DNA of 64,000 nt from Myxococcales bacterium (lineage in GTDB: Bacteria; Myxococcota_A; UBA9042; JABWCM01; BTVJ01), in NCBI GenBank assembly GCA_045863395.1, contig BTVJ01000026.1, positions 1-64,000 of the forward strand. The letters are read 5' to 3'. Positions 1 to 11,139 of the stretch are shown here, piece after piece (position 1 is the first letter of the stretch; the number at the start of each line of letters is the position of its first letter). A program made the translations under genes and the position numbers. Below the pieces are notes generated by a model that searched no databases, was not told the DNA's origin, and saw only the letters and a program-made list of their open reading frames with translations.

Positions 1-399
1 CCTCCTCCTCGGGAGCCAGCCCTCCCACCGACCGGCGAGATCCGCAGCCGCCAACAACGGGACAGGTCCGCCCAGGACCCCACCCCTACGGCGAAGGTTA
101 CCGCGGCGACGGCCCCATCGGGTCCGCCCCGGGGGGCATCCACCCATGACGGCACCAGACCGTGCGGGCCGGCTCAGGGCAATCATTGTGCCCGCCCCCT
201 AGCGCGCTCAACCGCCGCCCCGACCACGCCGGCACCCGGGCGGAGCCACCTGGGCGCCCCCGCCGCGCTGCCGCCACCCTGGCGCCAGCCCCGCGCCGGC
301 AGCGCCGCCCAGACCACGGCAACGCGGGGCTCTCGCGCCACCCGCCCGCCACGATCCGCGCCGCTGCGCGGCAACTTCGCATGCCCACCGAAAGGACAC

Positions 400-717
400 G
401 GTGCCCCGCCTTCCCGGAGCCGACCGATGGCCCCGCCGGACCGTGCACCCTGGGTGCTCGCCAGCCTGCTCGACACCGTCGCCGCGGGGCTCGCGCCGGT
501 GGCGCACGCGGTCGTGACAGGCGACGGAGGGCCCGACGTGCCCGGCGCCGCCGACACCGCCGCGGTCGTCCTCGTCCTGGTGGGCACCACCTGGTCGGCC
601 GCCCTCCTCCGGGGCCTGGCTGTGCGCGTGGTGACGGGCGGCGACCACGCGACCCTCCATGGGCGGCGGCGGCAGGCTCGCGACCGCCTCGCCGCCGAGT
701 CTGATCGTGACGCCTCC
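400..717 (+). pseudogene. Degenerate copy of the 5' end of the sulfatase-like gene (homologous to 16590-16906)
   Basis: ORF 427 MAPPDRAPWVLASLLDTVAAGL...HATLHG aligns with MTPATDRTPWVLASLLGAVAAGL...HATLHG at 16616; upstream ttcccggagccgaccgATG is shared; homology stops after ~97 codons. Confidence 0.85.
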
Positions 718-808
718 TTGGCCGGGCCGTGCGCGGCCTCGGGGCGGCCAGCTTCCCATGACGACGCGAAGTCGGGGAACGACCGCCCGTGGCCTCAGTC
801 TGTGGCGC

Positions 809-1510
809 TCACTGCTTTGGATAGCAAACGGCGTACTGACCCATGACCTCGTGCTCCCAGTCGTACAGCTTCCGCAGGAAGCAGTACTCGCTCGGGTCGC
901 ACTGGACGCCGACGTTCTGGTCGGGGAGCGCTGGATGCCAACAGGAAGCGAGGCACTCCCCGCTGTTGTAGAAGTCTCCCGTGCAGACCTCGCCCTCTGG
1001 GCAGGGCGGCAAGTCCTTGATCACCCAGTCAACCGCGTCCCAGAATGCGTCGCAGTCGTCTCCATCGGGCCAGCAATTGCAGCCCAGTCCGCTCGACGGA
1101 GCCTTCACGACGATGTGTACGTCCTGGACGTCGGGGAGCTGTGCGTCGATGGAGACAGCGGAGTCTGGGTCACCGACCGTCGCGTCTTTCGCCTCCACGA
1201 CCGCGTCGTCGCCAGTCTGTGTCGCTCCGAGGTCCCCGGAGTCCTCATCAGCCAAAGGCCCCAATGAGTCATTCTCTGAGCCGAAGCTCGCGTCCAGGTC
1301 CAGCGCATCTGGCCTGAAGTCGGATCGCCTGACGTCGGGGACGCCCTCCGCAGCGTCCGCAGTCACTACACCCGACTCCTTGGACGTGGTATCGCCCTTC
1401 CCGGAGGAGCAGGCGCTCAGGAGCATCGCGATGGCGCTGACGGAGACGAGCCAGTTGTAGTCGCGGAGACCGGAACCGTCCGGCCAATGAGTCTGCTGTC
1501 TCAGTCGCAT
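809..1510 (-). CDS. Cys-rich lipoprotein (cassette 1, gene 3)
   Basis: GGAGG upstream of ATG 1510; lipobox LLSAC; acidic low-complexity linker, then a Cys-rich C-terminal domain; overlaps the stop of the upstream gene. Confidence 0.7.
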   Translation of the reverse strand: MRLRQQTHWPDGSGLRDYNWLVSVSAIAMLLSACSSGKGDTTSKESGVVTADAAEGVPDVRRSDFRPDALDLDASFGSENDSLGPLADEDSGDLGATQTGDDAVVEAKDATVGDPDSAVSIDAQLPDVQDVHIVVKAPSSGLGCNCWPDGDDCDAFWDAVDWVIKDLPPCPEGEVCTGDFYNSGECLASCWHPALPDQNVGVQCDPSEYCFLRKLYDWEHEVMGQYAVCYPKQ

Positions 1511-4410
1511 GATACGCCTCCAATCATCCCACCAACTTCGTCTGGAGCATGGTTCATCAAAGCGACCTCGTCGATTCGGCCGCGAAGCGCGTGGGTCAGA
1601 GGTGTATCTCGGTGTGCCCCCAGACGAATGATGCCCGTCGATGAGTCTGCGACATGCGCGGCGCTGGATGTTGAGCAGGCTCCCAATGAGAAGCGCCAGG
1701 CCCAAGTTCCAGCACCATCGACCGCCCACGGCGCGACATACGCCCGAAGCTCCGCGTGATCCCACCAGACCAACACCCAGTACCACTTGTCGGGAAACAT
1801 CCAGCCACTTCGATTGGCGACCGTGACCGAGACCGGCGCAGCGCCCGTGTGGAGAGTCGCGGTCAGCGTCCCGTGCCCTCCTCCGTTGGTCACGTACACA
1901 TCGAGGAACGGTCGCGCGTCGATGAGCTGGTGCGCGCCGGTGAAGCTGACGCTGCGCAGGTTCACGAACGCGTGAAACACTACGCCATTTGCCCCCCGGC
2001 CGGCAAACTTCTCGGCGATGGAGCTCTGCAGCGGAGTGTTCGGGAGCACGATGGCGTCGGAGAAGCCCGGTCCGTCCAGGTCCGCGGACAAGCCGAACGC
2101 GGCATCGTAGGAGCTCACTCCTGAGGCGGTGAAGTGGACGGAGCCGACGGTGGTCCCGTGCTCGTCGCCTCCGGCGAGATCCGACGCATCTCCCTCCATC
2201 TGACCGAGCCAGGTGTAGGTCTTGTCACAGCAGTCGTCATCGACTCCAGCGCCCGCATTGTCGTAGATCCCCTGCCAGTCGTCGTAGTCGTTGAACGGGC
2301 TGCTGCTCAGGACACCGTCCTTCTTCAAATCGACGCCGGGGCTGGGACCGTTGGCGTACTCTGGGGTCCCCGGCGGGTTCTCGCCCTGATCCCAGTTGAC
2401 CTTGCAGTAGGGGACGCCGTTGCACGTGGCGTCGAAGGGGTTCACGTTCGGCGCTGCGTCCATCTGGCACACCACCTCGGCCGCCAGCTTCTGGTCCACC
2501 CCGAGCTCCTGCAGGTTCGTCTCGACAAGGGACATGTTCGTTCCCCGAGAGAACCGGTAATACCCGCTCCAGCACTTGACATGGCACGTCTGCGTGTCGG
2601 GGTGGCACCGCCCGGACACGGGGCAGTCCTGAGCAGTCGTGCAGGGAAGCCCGAAGTCCGGGGGCCAGATTTGGCCTGAGTTCGGCACCAGCGAGGGGTC
2701 CGGGGCCTTGCGCGTGAAGGTGGTGTACCACTTGTTGTGGTTCATCAGGGAGGGGTAGTTGATCTTCGGCGCGCCCTCGTTACCTCCGTGGTGGAGGCCC
2801 AGGGTGTGTGCGAGTTCATGGCTGAACACCACGGCCGTCTTCGCCGAGTCTCCGACGCTCCCGAAGATCAGCCACCTTCCCTTGGGGGAGCCTTGGCCGG
2901 CGTCAGACGCGGTCGTGGCGAGCGCATACCGAAATGCGTTCGTGTAGCGCCGCCAGGACGAGAAGTGCTTCGCGTACCATCCAGCCACGAAGCCGGTCCA
3001 GCTCTTGTTGATCTTCACGGACGTGCGGAGGTCGGAGTCGAAGACGTGCACCTTGACCCGCCGGTACCGGTCGAGCTCCCCGGGACAGTGCTGCGGGTCC
3101 GTGGAGACGTTCTGCTCACACTCGAATCCCTCTTCGGCGTGGATGTGCTCCACAAGATCGCGCTCCCACTGGTTCAGGAAACCATCGTCGCCGGGCAATG
3201 CAATCGCGTCCAGCTCCACGAACGCGTCTACCTCCCGTGGGTCCGCTGCCAGGGCGCTCAGCGCGATGGCAAACGTCGAGTTGCAGCTCTGTCCGGGTGC
3301 GCACTCGATGAGCGTCGTATCGTGACACTTGTCGCCCCCTCCCGATGTCAGCCTCATGAAGAAAGGCGCATCCAGTGGCTCGCAGGACACCTCGCGCCCG
3401 AACACCTCCGTCAGGTCGTCTACACCGTCGTTGTCCGTGTCGCTCGGATCGAAGCCGGCCCGATCACGGAAACAGCGACAGGATCCCGCAGGGCAGTTGC
3501 CCGGAAAACCGTTCGTGCAGGTCGTGCAATCAGGAGCCGGTCCCGTCTCCGTGTCGCACGTCCCCAGAAGCGCTTCGAGTTCCCACGTCAGGCCGTCGGG
3601 CTCCGCATCGACGGTTCCTGCCCCCGACCAGGCTCCGCCCTGCGTCGAGGAGCGACGGTTGTGCATGAATCGGACGCCCGTCGTGTATGGCGTAGCGGAT
3701 CCAATCTGGATCCGGGCCGATGACCAGCTCGATGTCATCAGGACATGGGATAGACCGAGCAAGGCCGAGTTGGCCTGGTCCTGATACGAGCCGCAGCTCT
3801 GATCGCAGTCGTAGGGAGCGCTCGTAGAGAACACGAGCATCCGATTGGCGTAGTACGTCCCAGGCAGGGCTCCAGCCAGGAGGCTGTCCCCCGCCCGCAC
3901 GTCCTTGGAGACGAGCCGCCAGCCACCGAACTTCTGCAACTGTCGCAGCGCTGGCGGAAGCAGCTCGGTCCCGAGACCCTCGAGCACGCTCATCGACATC
4001 GTGCCGTGGTTGGCGTCAGCGTAGCCGGCCACGACGACCCGCGCGTTGAATGTCGTCGCGGCCAGGTGGACGATCTGCGAGTCGTAGCAGTCCCAATCCG
4101 TCTGCGGGTTGCCGCAGACAGTGCTCGTGTTGTCGTCGTCATCGACTGCGACCACTGCGCCCGTATCGAGGTTCAGCAACCACATGACGGTGTCGGGAAT
4201 GTTGGCCTGGCCCGAGAGCCGGGCGAGGTCCGAGGAACGGATCGTGTAGACGCGCCCGCCGACTGCCGTGAAGTCCCACTGCCAGACCGGGTAGACCGTC
4301 GCGTTCGTGCAGTGAATTCTGGCGGGGTCACACGCCTGAGCTGCGGCTGACGGCTCGAACCAGACGAAGGCGGTCCAGGTTGCCAGAGGCATCGAGAGGT
4401 ACTTCCTCAT
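1501..4410 (-). CDS. Secreted multidomain Zn-metalloprotease-like protein (PPC-like N-terminus, Ca-binding DxDxDG repeats, metzincin motif, LamG-like C-terminus), 969 aa
   Basis: Signal peptide MRKYLSM...SAAA; DTDNDGVDD; HELAHTLGLHH followed by Met-turn SLMN; C-terminal DKWYWVLVWWD...LRGRIDEVAL; ATGA overlap with the upstream gene. Confidence 0.75.
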   Translation of the reverse strand: MRKYLSMPLATWTAFVWFEPSAAAQACDPARIHCTNATVYPVWQWDFTAVGGRVYTIRSSDLARLSGQANIPDTVMWLLNLDTGAVVAVDDDDNTSTVCGNPQTDWDCYDSQIVHLAATTFNARVVVAGYADANHGTMSMSVLEGLGTELLPPALRQLQKFGGWRLVSKDVRAGDSLLAGALPGTYYANRMLVFSTSAPYDCDQSCGSYQDQANSALLGLSHVLMTSSWSSARIQIGSATPYTTGVRFMHNRRSSTQGGAWSGAGTVDAEPDGLTWELEALLGTCDTETGPAPDCTTCTNGFPGNCPAGSCRCFRDRAGFDPSDTDNDGVDDLTEVFGREVSCEPLDAPFFMRLTSGGGDKCHDTTLIECAPGQSCNSTFAIALSALAADPREVDAFVELDAIALPGDDGFLNQWERDLVEHIHAEEGFECEQNVSTDPQHCPGELDRYRRVKVHVFDSDLRTSVKINKSWTGFVAGWYAKHFSSWRRYTNAFRYALATTASDAGQGSPKGRWLIFGSVGDSAKTAVVFSHELAHTLGLHHGGNEGAPKINYPSLMNHNKWYTTFTRKAPDPSLVPNSGQIWPPDFGLPCTTAQDCPVSGRCHPDTQTCHVKCWSGYYRFSRGTNMSLVETNLQELGVDQKLAAEVVCQMDAAPNVNPFDATCNGVPYCKVNWDQGENPPGTPEYANGPSPGVDLKKDGVLSSSPFNDYDDWQGIYDNAGAGVDDDCCDKTYTWLGQMEGDASDLAGGDEHGTTVGSVHFTASGVSSYDAAFGLSADLDGPGFSDAIVLPNTPLQSSIAEKFAGRGANGVVFHAFVNLRSVSFTGAHQLIDARPFLDVYVTNGGGHGTLTATLHTGAAPVSVTVANRSGWMFPDKWYWVLVWWDHAELRAYVAPWAVDGAGTWAWRFSLGACSTSSAAHVADSSTGIIRLGAHRDTPLTHALRGRIDEVALMNHAPDEVGGMIGGVSCD

Positions 4411-4986
4411 GGCTCCACCTCTTCCTGCGACGGGACCTCCGGTTTGCCCTCGATCAGCAGCGCCTTCAGCTTGCCGTGCTCTTCCTCGTCGAGCGACCCC
4501 TCCGCAATGATCGCGGCGTACTCTTGATAGGCTTGGGTCGTCTGGAACTCGTGGTCCTGGGCGAGCTGCAGAGACTCGCCATCCTTGAGCGACAGCTCGG
4601 ACTCGTGCTTGCCGGTCGAAGGGTTGGCGGACCAGATCTGCGTGATTTGGACGAGTCCTGCTTCGGACAGGTTCTCCCACCCGCTGGCGCTCTCGCTCGC
4701 CAGGACCTGGCGTGCAAGCTGGTGTAGCTCATCTGGAGCCAGCCTCCCGGGGTCCGGCGTCGCGGGGGCCTGCTCCGAGCCCAACGCGCCCCCAGAGTCG
4801 AAGACTCCCCCATCGTCCGTTGTCAGTTGGGCGGATCGACGAGCGCCGTCTGTCCCCCCCCCCCCCCCCGGTGCCGCACCCGGCAACATGCGGGGTGGCC
4901 AGCGGGAGCGACGCCATGAGAAACGTCAGCCATCTTCCCCGCGTAGTGCAGCGAGACACATCAGGATCACCTACAGCCAGACTCAT
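4407..4986 (-). pseudogene. Lipoprotein gene out of frame at a G16 tract (cassette 1, gene 1; candidate phase-variable, OFF)
   Basis: SD AAGGAGGT + ATG 4986 gives MSLAVG...RGRWLTFLMASLPLATPHVAGC (lipobox); G15 would join this to the 4407-frame ORF (TDGARRSAQ...EEVEP), 192 aa. Confidence 0.75.
4854..4869 (-). repeat. G16 homopolymer (C16 on + strand)
   Basis: Counted directly; lies three codons after the lipobox Cys. Confidence 0.95.
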
Positions 4987-5352
4987 TCCCCTACCTCCTT
5001 GGCGTCCCCATCTCGACGAGCGAACCGTTGCTCGGCCGTCCTTCCGACTCCGATTCGAATGATAGGTGCTGAGCGGGCAGAGCAACAGAGTGCTCCAGGC
5101 TTGCGAGGGCAGAAGTCGATACGCCGGTGTAACCATCGAGCGGACCGCGTGGAGTTGACTCCGAACGGTCTGGCTGGGTCGCGCGCGCGGCCCGCACCAC
5201 AGGGGAATGCGCGACGTGTCAGCGCGGGAACCGGAGCCTCGCCATCACCGCCCGGTTGTCCGACAGGGCTGGCCCATCGTGAAGGGCCCGCCCCTCCGTG
5301 ACGGCCAGGCCTGGGGAAACGTCCAAGGGTGAGGGGTCAGGCATTGGGTGAC

Positions 5353-5379
5353 GGGGCAGGTATACTCAGATCTCATATC
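5353..5379 (-). repeat. 27-bp motif GATATGAGATCTGAGTATACCTGCCCC; second copy at 57035-57061
   Basis: 24/27 identical to + strand 57035-57061; coincides with the 3' truncation of the ATPase pseudogene. Confidence 0.65.
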
Positions 5380-5885
5380 GGTCGGGGTCCGCGCCCGACG
5401 CGATGCGGTAGTCCCTCACGTCCCGGAGGCCGCAGAGGACCACGGACCAGGGAGCGCCGCTCGGCCGGGACGCGAAGCCGGCCCGTAGCTGCCGGAGCAC
5501 AGACCCGAGGGCGGCTCCCCGCAGCGCGCCGATCTCGTCGATGAGCAGGACGAGGGGCCTCGGGCACCCGTTCGCCCACGCAGCGAACGCCGCGCGGAGC
5601 CGTTGCCCCTCCGGGGCCGCGGGCCAGGCAGCCTGGGGCCGCAGCTCCGCGGGCAGGGCGATCACCTCGATCCCCACCTCCGCGAGCACGGCGTCCTCCA
5701 CCCGACCTGGTCACCGAGGACCGAGCCCGCCTCACAGGAGAACGCCAGCGCCGCATACCGCCCCTCCGCGGTGAGCGTCCGCGCCAGCGCCCGCAGCGAC
5801 GTGGTCTTGCCGGTCTGGCGCGGCGCATGCACCACGAAACAGGAGCCCCGCTCCACGAGCCCCTGCGCCTCGAGGCACGTCGGTG
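5366..5885 (-). pseudogene. Truncated, frameshifted P-loop (AAA-like) ATPase fragment
   Basis: Walker A HAPRQTGKTT in one frame; Walker B PLVLLIDEI and LCGLRDVRDY in another frame (shift near 5702); both ends missing. Confidence 0.8.
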
Positions 5886-5923
5886 CGGCCCAACCACGAG
5901 GCGGCGCGCCTGCCGCGAGCGCG

Positions 5924-5952
5924 TTGACCTGGTCCGGTTCCTGGTCTAGTTT
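5924..5952 (+). promoter_or_regulatory. Sigma70-type promoter with putative operator for the TA operon (probably leaderless mRNA)
   Basis: TTGACC-N17-TAGTTT, 6 nt before ATG 5959; GACCTGGTC palindrome and repeated CCTGGTC overlap the promoter. Confidence 0.6.
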
Positions 5953-5958
5953 GGGGTC

Positions 5959-6210
5959 ATGGTGACGCTGAACGTCTACGAGGCAAAGACCCACCTCTCG
6001 GAGCACCTGGACCGGCTGGAGCGCGGCGAGGAGGACGTCGTCGTCATCTGTCGCCGCAACAAACCCATCGCCGAGCTTCGAGCCGTTCCGGCGAGGCAGG
6101 AGGGGGAGCGGCCGATCTTCGCTCGCGACCCGCGGTTCTCCATGTCTCCAGCGTTCTTCGAGCCCCTCCCCGAGGAGCTCGTGGCTGCCCTCGAGGGACA
6201 CGCTCCGTGA
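5959..6210 (+). CDS. Phd/YefM family antitoxin
   Basis: LNVYEAKTHLSEHLDRLERGEE.VVICRRNKPIAEL signature; GTGA overlap with the PIN gene. Confidence 0.9.
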   Translation: MVTLNVYEAKTHLSEHLDRLERGEEDVVVICRRNKPIAELRAVPARQEGERPIFARDPRFSMSPAFFEPLPEELVAALEGHAP

Positions 6211-6592
6211 AACTCCTGTTGGACACCTGCACCTTCCTCTGGTGCATCGAGGGGGGCTCTGCGCTCTCCCCCCAAGTCCGACATGCCCTCGCGGACCCCG
6301 CGAACGACGTCTGGTTGAGCAGTGTCTCCGCGTGGGAGATCGGTGTGAAGCACGCGCTCGGCAGGCTCCCGCTCCCGGAGCCTCATGAACGCTACGTCCC
6401 TGAGCAGAGACGCGCCCGCGGGATCGCGCCCCTGTCCCTCGACGAGGAGGCGACGCTGTGCCTCCATCGTCTTCCTCCGGTCCACCGGGATCCCTTTGAC
6501 CGGATGCTGGTCTGCCAGGCGCTCGTCGGTGGGTTGACCTGGTGACCCCCGACCCAGACATCTGGCGCTACCCGGTGAAGGCGCTCTGGTGA
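6207..6592 (+). pseudogene. vapC: VapC-family PIN toxin, frameshifted near the C-terminus
   Basis: LLLDTCTFLW...SAWEI...HRDPFDRMLVCQA; stops at 6545 (GLTW*), but adding one base near 6539 gives GLTLVTPDPDIWRYPVKALW* ending at 6592. Confidence 0.8.
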
Positions 6593-6692
6593 CATGGCCG
6601 TCTGGCGGTGCGGAGCCGCGGGGAACCCCTGCACGCCTTGCGCCCACCGGAACGTCGTCGCTGCCGGGGGGGAGCTTGCCCTCGCGCCCCTC

Positions 6693-7745
6693 TCACCCCT
6701 GCTGCACGTGGTACAGCGTCTGCGTCGGGTACGCGAACTCCAGCCCCTCCGCTGCGAACCGCTTCATGATGGCGAGGTTGATGGACTGCTGGGTGGCCAT
6801 GTAGGCGGCATACTCCGGCGCGAGCACGAAGTACACGGTCTCCACGTCGAGGGAGGAAGGCCCGAAGGCCTTGAAGTGGGAGCGGTCGAAGCGCGCAGAG
6901 GGATGGGCCTCGACGATCTCCCGGATCATGCCCGGTACGGCCTCCATCTTCTCCACCGGCGTCTGGTAGACGAGACCCAGCGTGAAGAGCACGCGCCGCT
7001 CCTCCATGCGCTTGAAGTTGCGGATGTCCATGCTCAGGAGCTTGGAGTTCGAGAACACGAGCTGCTCCCCCGACAGGCTCCGGAGCCGCGTGGTCTTGAG
7101 CCCGATGTGCTCCACGGTCCCCGTCTTGTCGCCGACCACGATCTGGTCGCCGAGCACGAAGGGCTTGTCGAGCACGATGGCCATCGACGCGAACAGATCC
7201 ACGAGCACGTTCTGCGCCGCCAGCGCCACGGCGATGCCGCCGACGCCGAGGCCCGCGAGCAAGGCGGTGATGTTGACGCCCAGGTTGGCGAGAGCGCTGA
7301 GCAGCACCACCGCCCAGAGCACCACCTTGCCGAGCACCATGACCGCGGCGAGGGTGGTGGAGGCCGCCGCGTCGTCCGCCACGCGCTGCCGCACCGACCG
7401 CCCGAGCAGGAACGCGAGCACCTGGTTGCCCCAGATGCCTCCTTGAAGGAGCGTCGCAATGATGAAGGCCGTGCGGATGTTCCGCCCCAGGTCTCCGGGC
7501 AGCGCCACGAAGAGCGAGCCCACGTAGACGCCCGCCGCGACCAGGAACCAGGTCCCGGTGCGCTCCAGGAGCGCGACGAGCATGTCGTCGAGGGAGGTCG
7601 CCGTCCCCTCGGTCAGGGGGCGCAGGCGCCGCAGCAGCGGGCGGCGGATCAGCAGCGCCCCGACGACGAGGAGCAGGCAGACGCCGAGGGCGATGAGCCA
7701 GGATTGGAGCGAGTTTCCGAGCCAGACGTGGTTCAGGAAGTCCAC
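6693..7745 (-). CDS. mscS: Small-conductance mechanosensitive channel family protein
   Basis: ALLAGLGVGGIAVALAAQ, DKPFVLGD, GTVEHIGLKTTRLRSLSGEQLVFSNS, FAYPTQT. Confidence 0.92.
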   Translation of the reverse strand: MDFLNHVWLGNSLQSWLIALGVCLLLVVGALLIRRPLLRRLRPLTEGTATSLDDMLVALLERTGTWFLVAAGVYVGSLFVALPGDLGRNIRTAFIIATLLQGGIWGNQVLAFLLGRSVRQRVADDAAASTTLAAVMVLGKVVLWAVVLLSALANLGVNITALLAGLGVGGIAVALAAQNVLVDLFASMAIVLDKPFVLGDQIVVGDKTGTVEHIGLKTTRLRSLSGEQLVFSNSKLLSMDIRNFKRMEERRVLFTLGLVYQTPVEKMEAVPGMIREIVEAHPSARFDRSHFKAFGPSSLDVETVYFVLAPEYAAYMATQQSINLAIMKRFAAEGLEFAYPTQTLYHVQQG

Positions 7746-7897
7746 GAGGGTGCCTCCGGGCGGTGGGTCATCGGGGCCCCCGGAGGCTCCACCCCGACTG
7801 CGCGAGGGGTGAAGCGGTGTGGACCGGCTCCACCCTCGCGCCGGCCACCCAGGTCAAGCCCGAGGCTGGAGGTGGGGCGCGCAGGCACCCCGCGCGA

Positions 7898-9811
<1,914 letters not shown>

Positions 9812-9823
9812 GGGTTCCTCCTT

Positions 9824-9966
9824 ATGATCGAGCCGAGGTCCGGGCTGTCGTTCCGTTGTTCCAGTGAGCGAGAGCCAGCGGGCTGAGAGGGTGGCGCCAC
9901 CCGGGCTGCGGCGGGGGGGCCGAAAAGCGGCGACAACTTAGTCGACGACCTGGGGATGTCAACACG
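9824..9966. repeat. Direct repeat copy 1 of the dnaK leader/promoter (copy 2 at 16416-16557)
   Basis: First 57 bp identical; about 8 differences over ~143 bp; weaker similarity continues to ~10040. Confidence 0.95.
9935..9962 (-). promoter_or_regulatory. Putative sigma70 promoter of dnaK
   Basis: TTGACA-N16-TAAGTT on the minus strand. Confidence 0.6.
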
Positions 9967-10358
9967 TCCTTCTCGTGCCCCGCGCCGCCCTCGGGGCCAC
10001 CGCGCGCGGCCTCCCTGGAGCCACCGCTGAGGCTCGCGCCACACTCTTCAGAGCTTCACCGACGGGCGCGCGGGCGTAGTGGTGCTACTGTGAGCGCGGA
10101 GGCGTGCGTGCCATGGGTACGGGTGGTGGCTGGGTCGCAGGTTGGCATGGCGCGGGCGCGGCGTGCGCCGGTCAGCCGAGTGCCTTCTAGGACGCTCCGC
10201 CGAACATGAGCCGCGAGGGCCCGTGCGTCGAATCCGCGCCGGATCGGTCGCGGACAAGTACTTGGATTTGCTGGTGGCAGATCCCGCACTGGCCCGTGGC
10301 CGCGGCGGCCGGAAGCGGCGTGTGGGCACCGCGGCAGCTTTTCGCCGGAGTACCCTAG

Positions 10359-10519
10359 TAGGGCGTCGCCCAAATGCTGCGGCAATCCGGTGGGTCGAGG
10401 CGCCCCGCCAGGCGCTCGGGCCAAGCGCAGGAATACTCGGGGTATTTCAAGCTTGGGCCGGGCGTCTGGCGGGGATGGATCGGCCCTCCCGGTTGCATCA
10501 TCAATTCGGCGACGCCCTA
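10359..10519. mobile_element. 161-bp MITE-like element with ~40-bp imperfect terminal inverted repeats
   Basis: TAGGGCGTCGCCCAAATGCTG... versus reverse complement of the right end TAGGGCGTCGCCGAATTGATG...; flanked by CTAG/CCAG. Confidence 0.65.
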
Positions 10520-10695
10520 CCAGGTCATGCGGAGCACCTCGTCGAGCTTGGACGCCGGGAGCGTGCTGGCACGGAGGAGGACGCCTGTGAGCCACGCGCG
10601 CGAGCCGACGCCATACTAGCCGCAGGTGCTGACCAGCGTCCGACGGATGGCCAGATGTTCGCCGGCCTTGTCGTGTCCCATCCACCGGAAGTTGT
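10520..10695 (-). pseudogene. Decayed IS66 tnpC C-terminal fragment (older element, continues at 12122-12160)
   Basis: Reverse complement matches 11650-11825 (NFRW.GHD.AGEHLAI..TLVSTC...ASKLDE) and contains a stop. Confidence 0.8.
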
Positions 10696-10782
10696 GTAAG
10701 CGTCCGGTTTCCACCGTCCCGTCGGGGGCCTGACGGTGGTGTAGGGTCTCCGCTGACGCGTGTGTGCGTCGTGGAGGTCAAG

Positions 10783-11139
10783 ATGAAGGTACGTCGGTCT
10801 CGGGAGTGGTGGCGGCGCACGGTGGCCGCGCAGGTGACGAGCGGGCTCAGGCTGTCGGAGTACGCCGCGCGCGAGGGGCTCGTGGAAGCGACCCTGCGCT
10901 GGTGGGCGAGCGAGCTGCGAGGGTGTTCGGGCGACGCGCCGGTGGGAGGAGGGTTCATCGAGCTCGTCGGGGGCTCGGGCGCGCATGACATGTCGTCGGT
11001 GGGAGTACCGGACGACGGAGAGGCGCCGTGGCGGTTCGGCATCCGCGTGGGCTCCGGGGTGACCGTGTTGGCCGTGGCGCTGCCTGCGCCCGAGTACGTC
11101 GCTCGCTTGGCTGCGGCGTACGACGAGTGTCGGTCATGA
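10783..11139 (+). CDS. tnpA: IS66 accessory protein TnpA
   Basis: WWRRTVAAQVTSGLRLSEYAAREGL..ATLRWW HTH pattern; GFIELV; first ORF of the element. Confidence 0.85.
   Translation: MKVRRSREWWRRTVAAQVTSGLRLSEYAAREGLVEATLRWWASELRGCSGDAPVGGGFIELVGGSGAHDMSSVGVPDDGEAPWRFGIRVGSGVTVLAVALPAPEYVARLAAAYDECRS

Noticed and set aside
59..202. Degenerate GTAG-type REP hairpins
   Set aside because: Stems are imperfect, the copies do not match each other, and no RAYT gene is visible
400..717. DGR template/variable repeat pair with 16590-16906
   Set aside because: Mismatches are not confined to adenines, the repeat is at a gene 5' end, and there is no reverse transcriptase in the window
9812..9970. CIRCE or HAIR heat-shock operator upstream of dnaK
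   Set aside because: Neither consensus is present; only a GC palindrome GGGTGGCGCCACCC of unknown meaning
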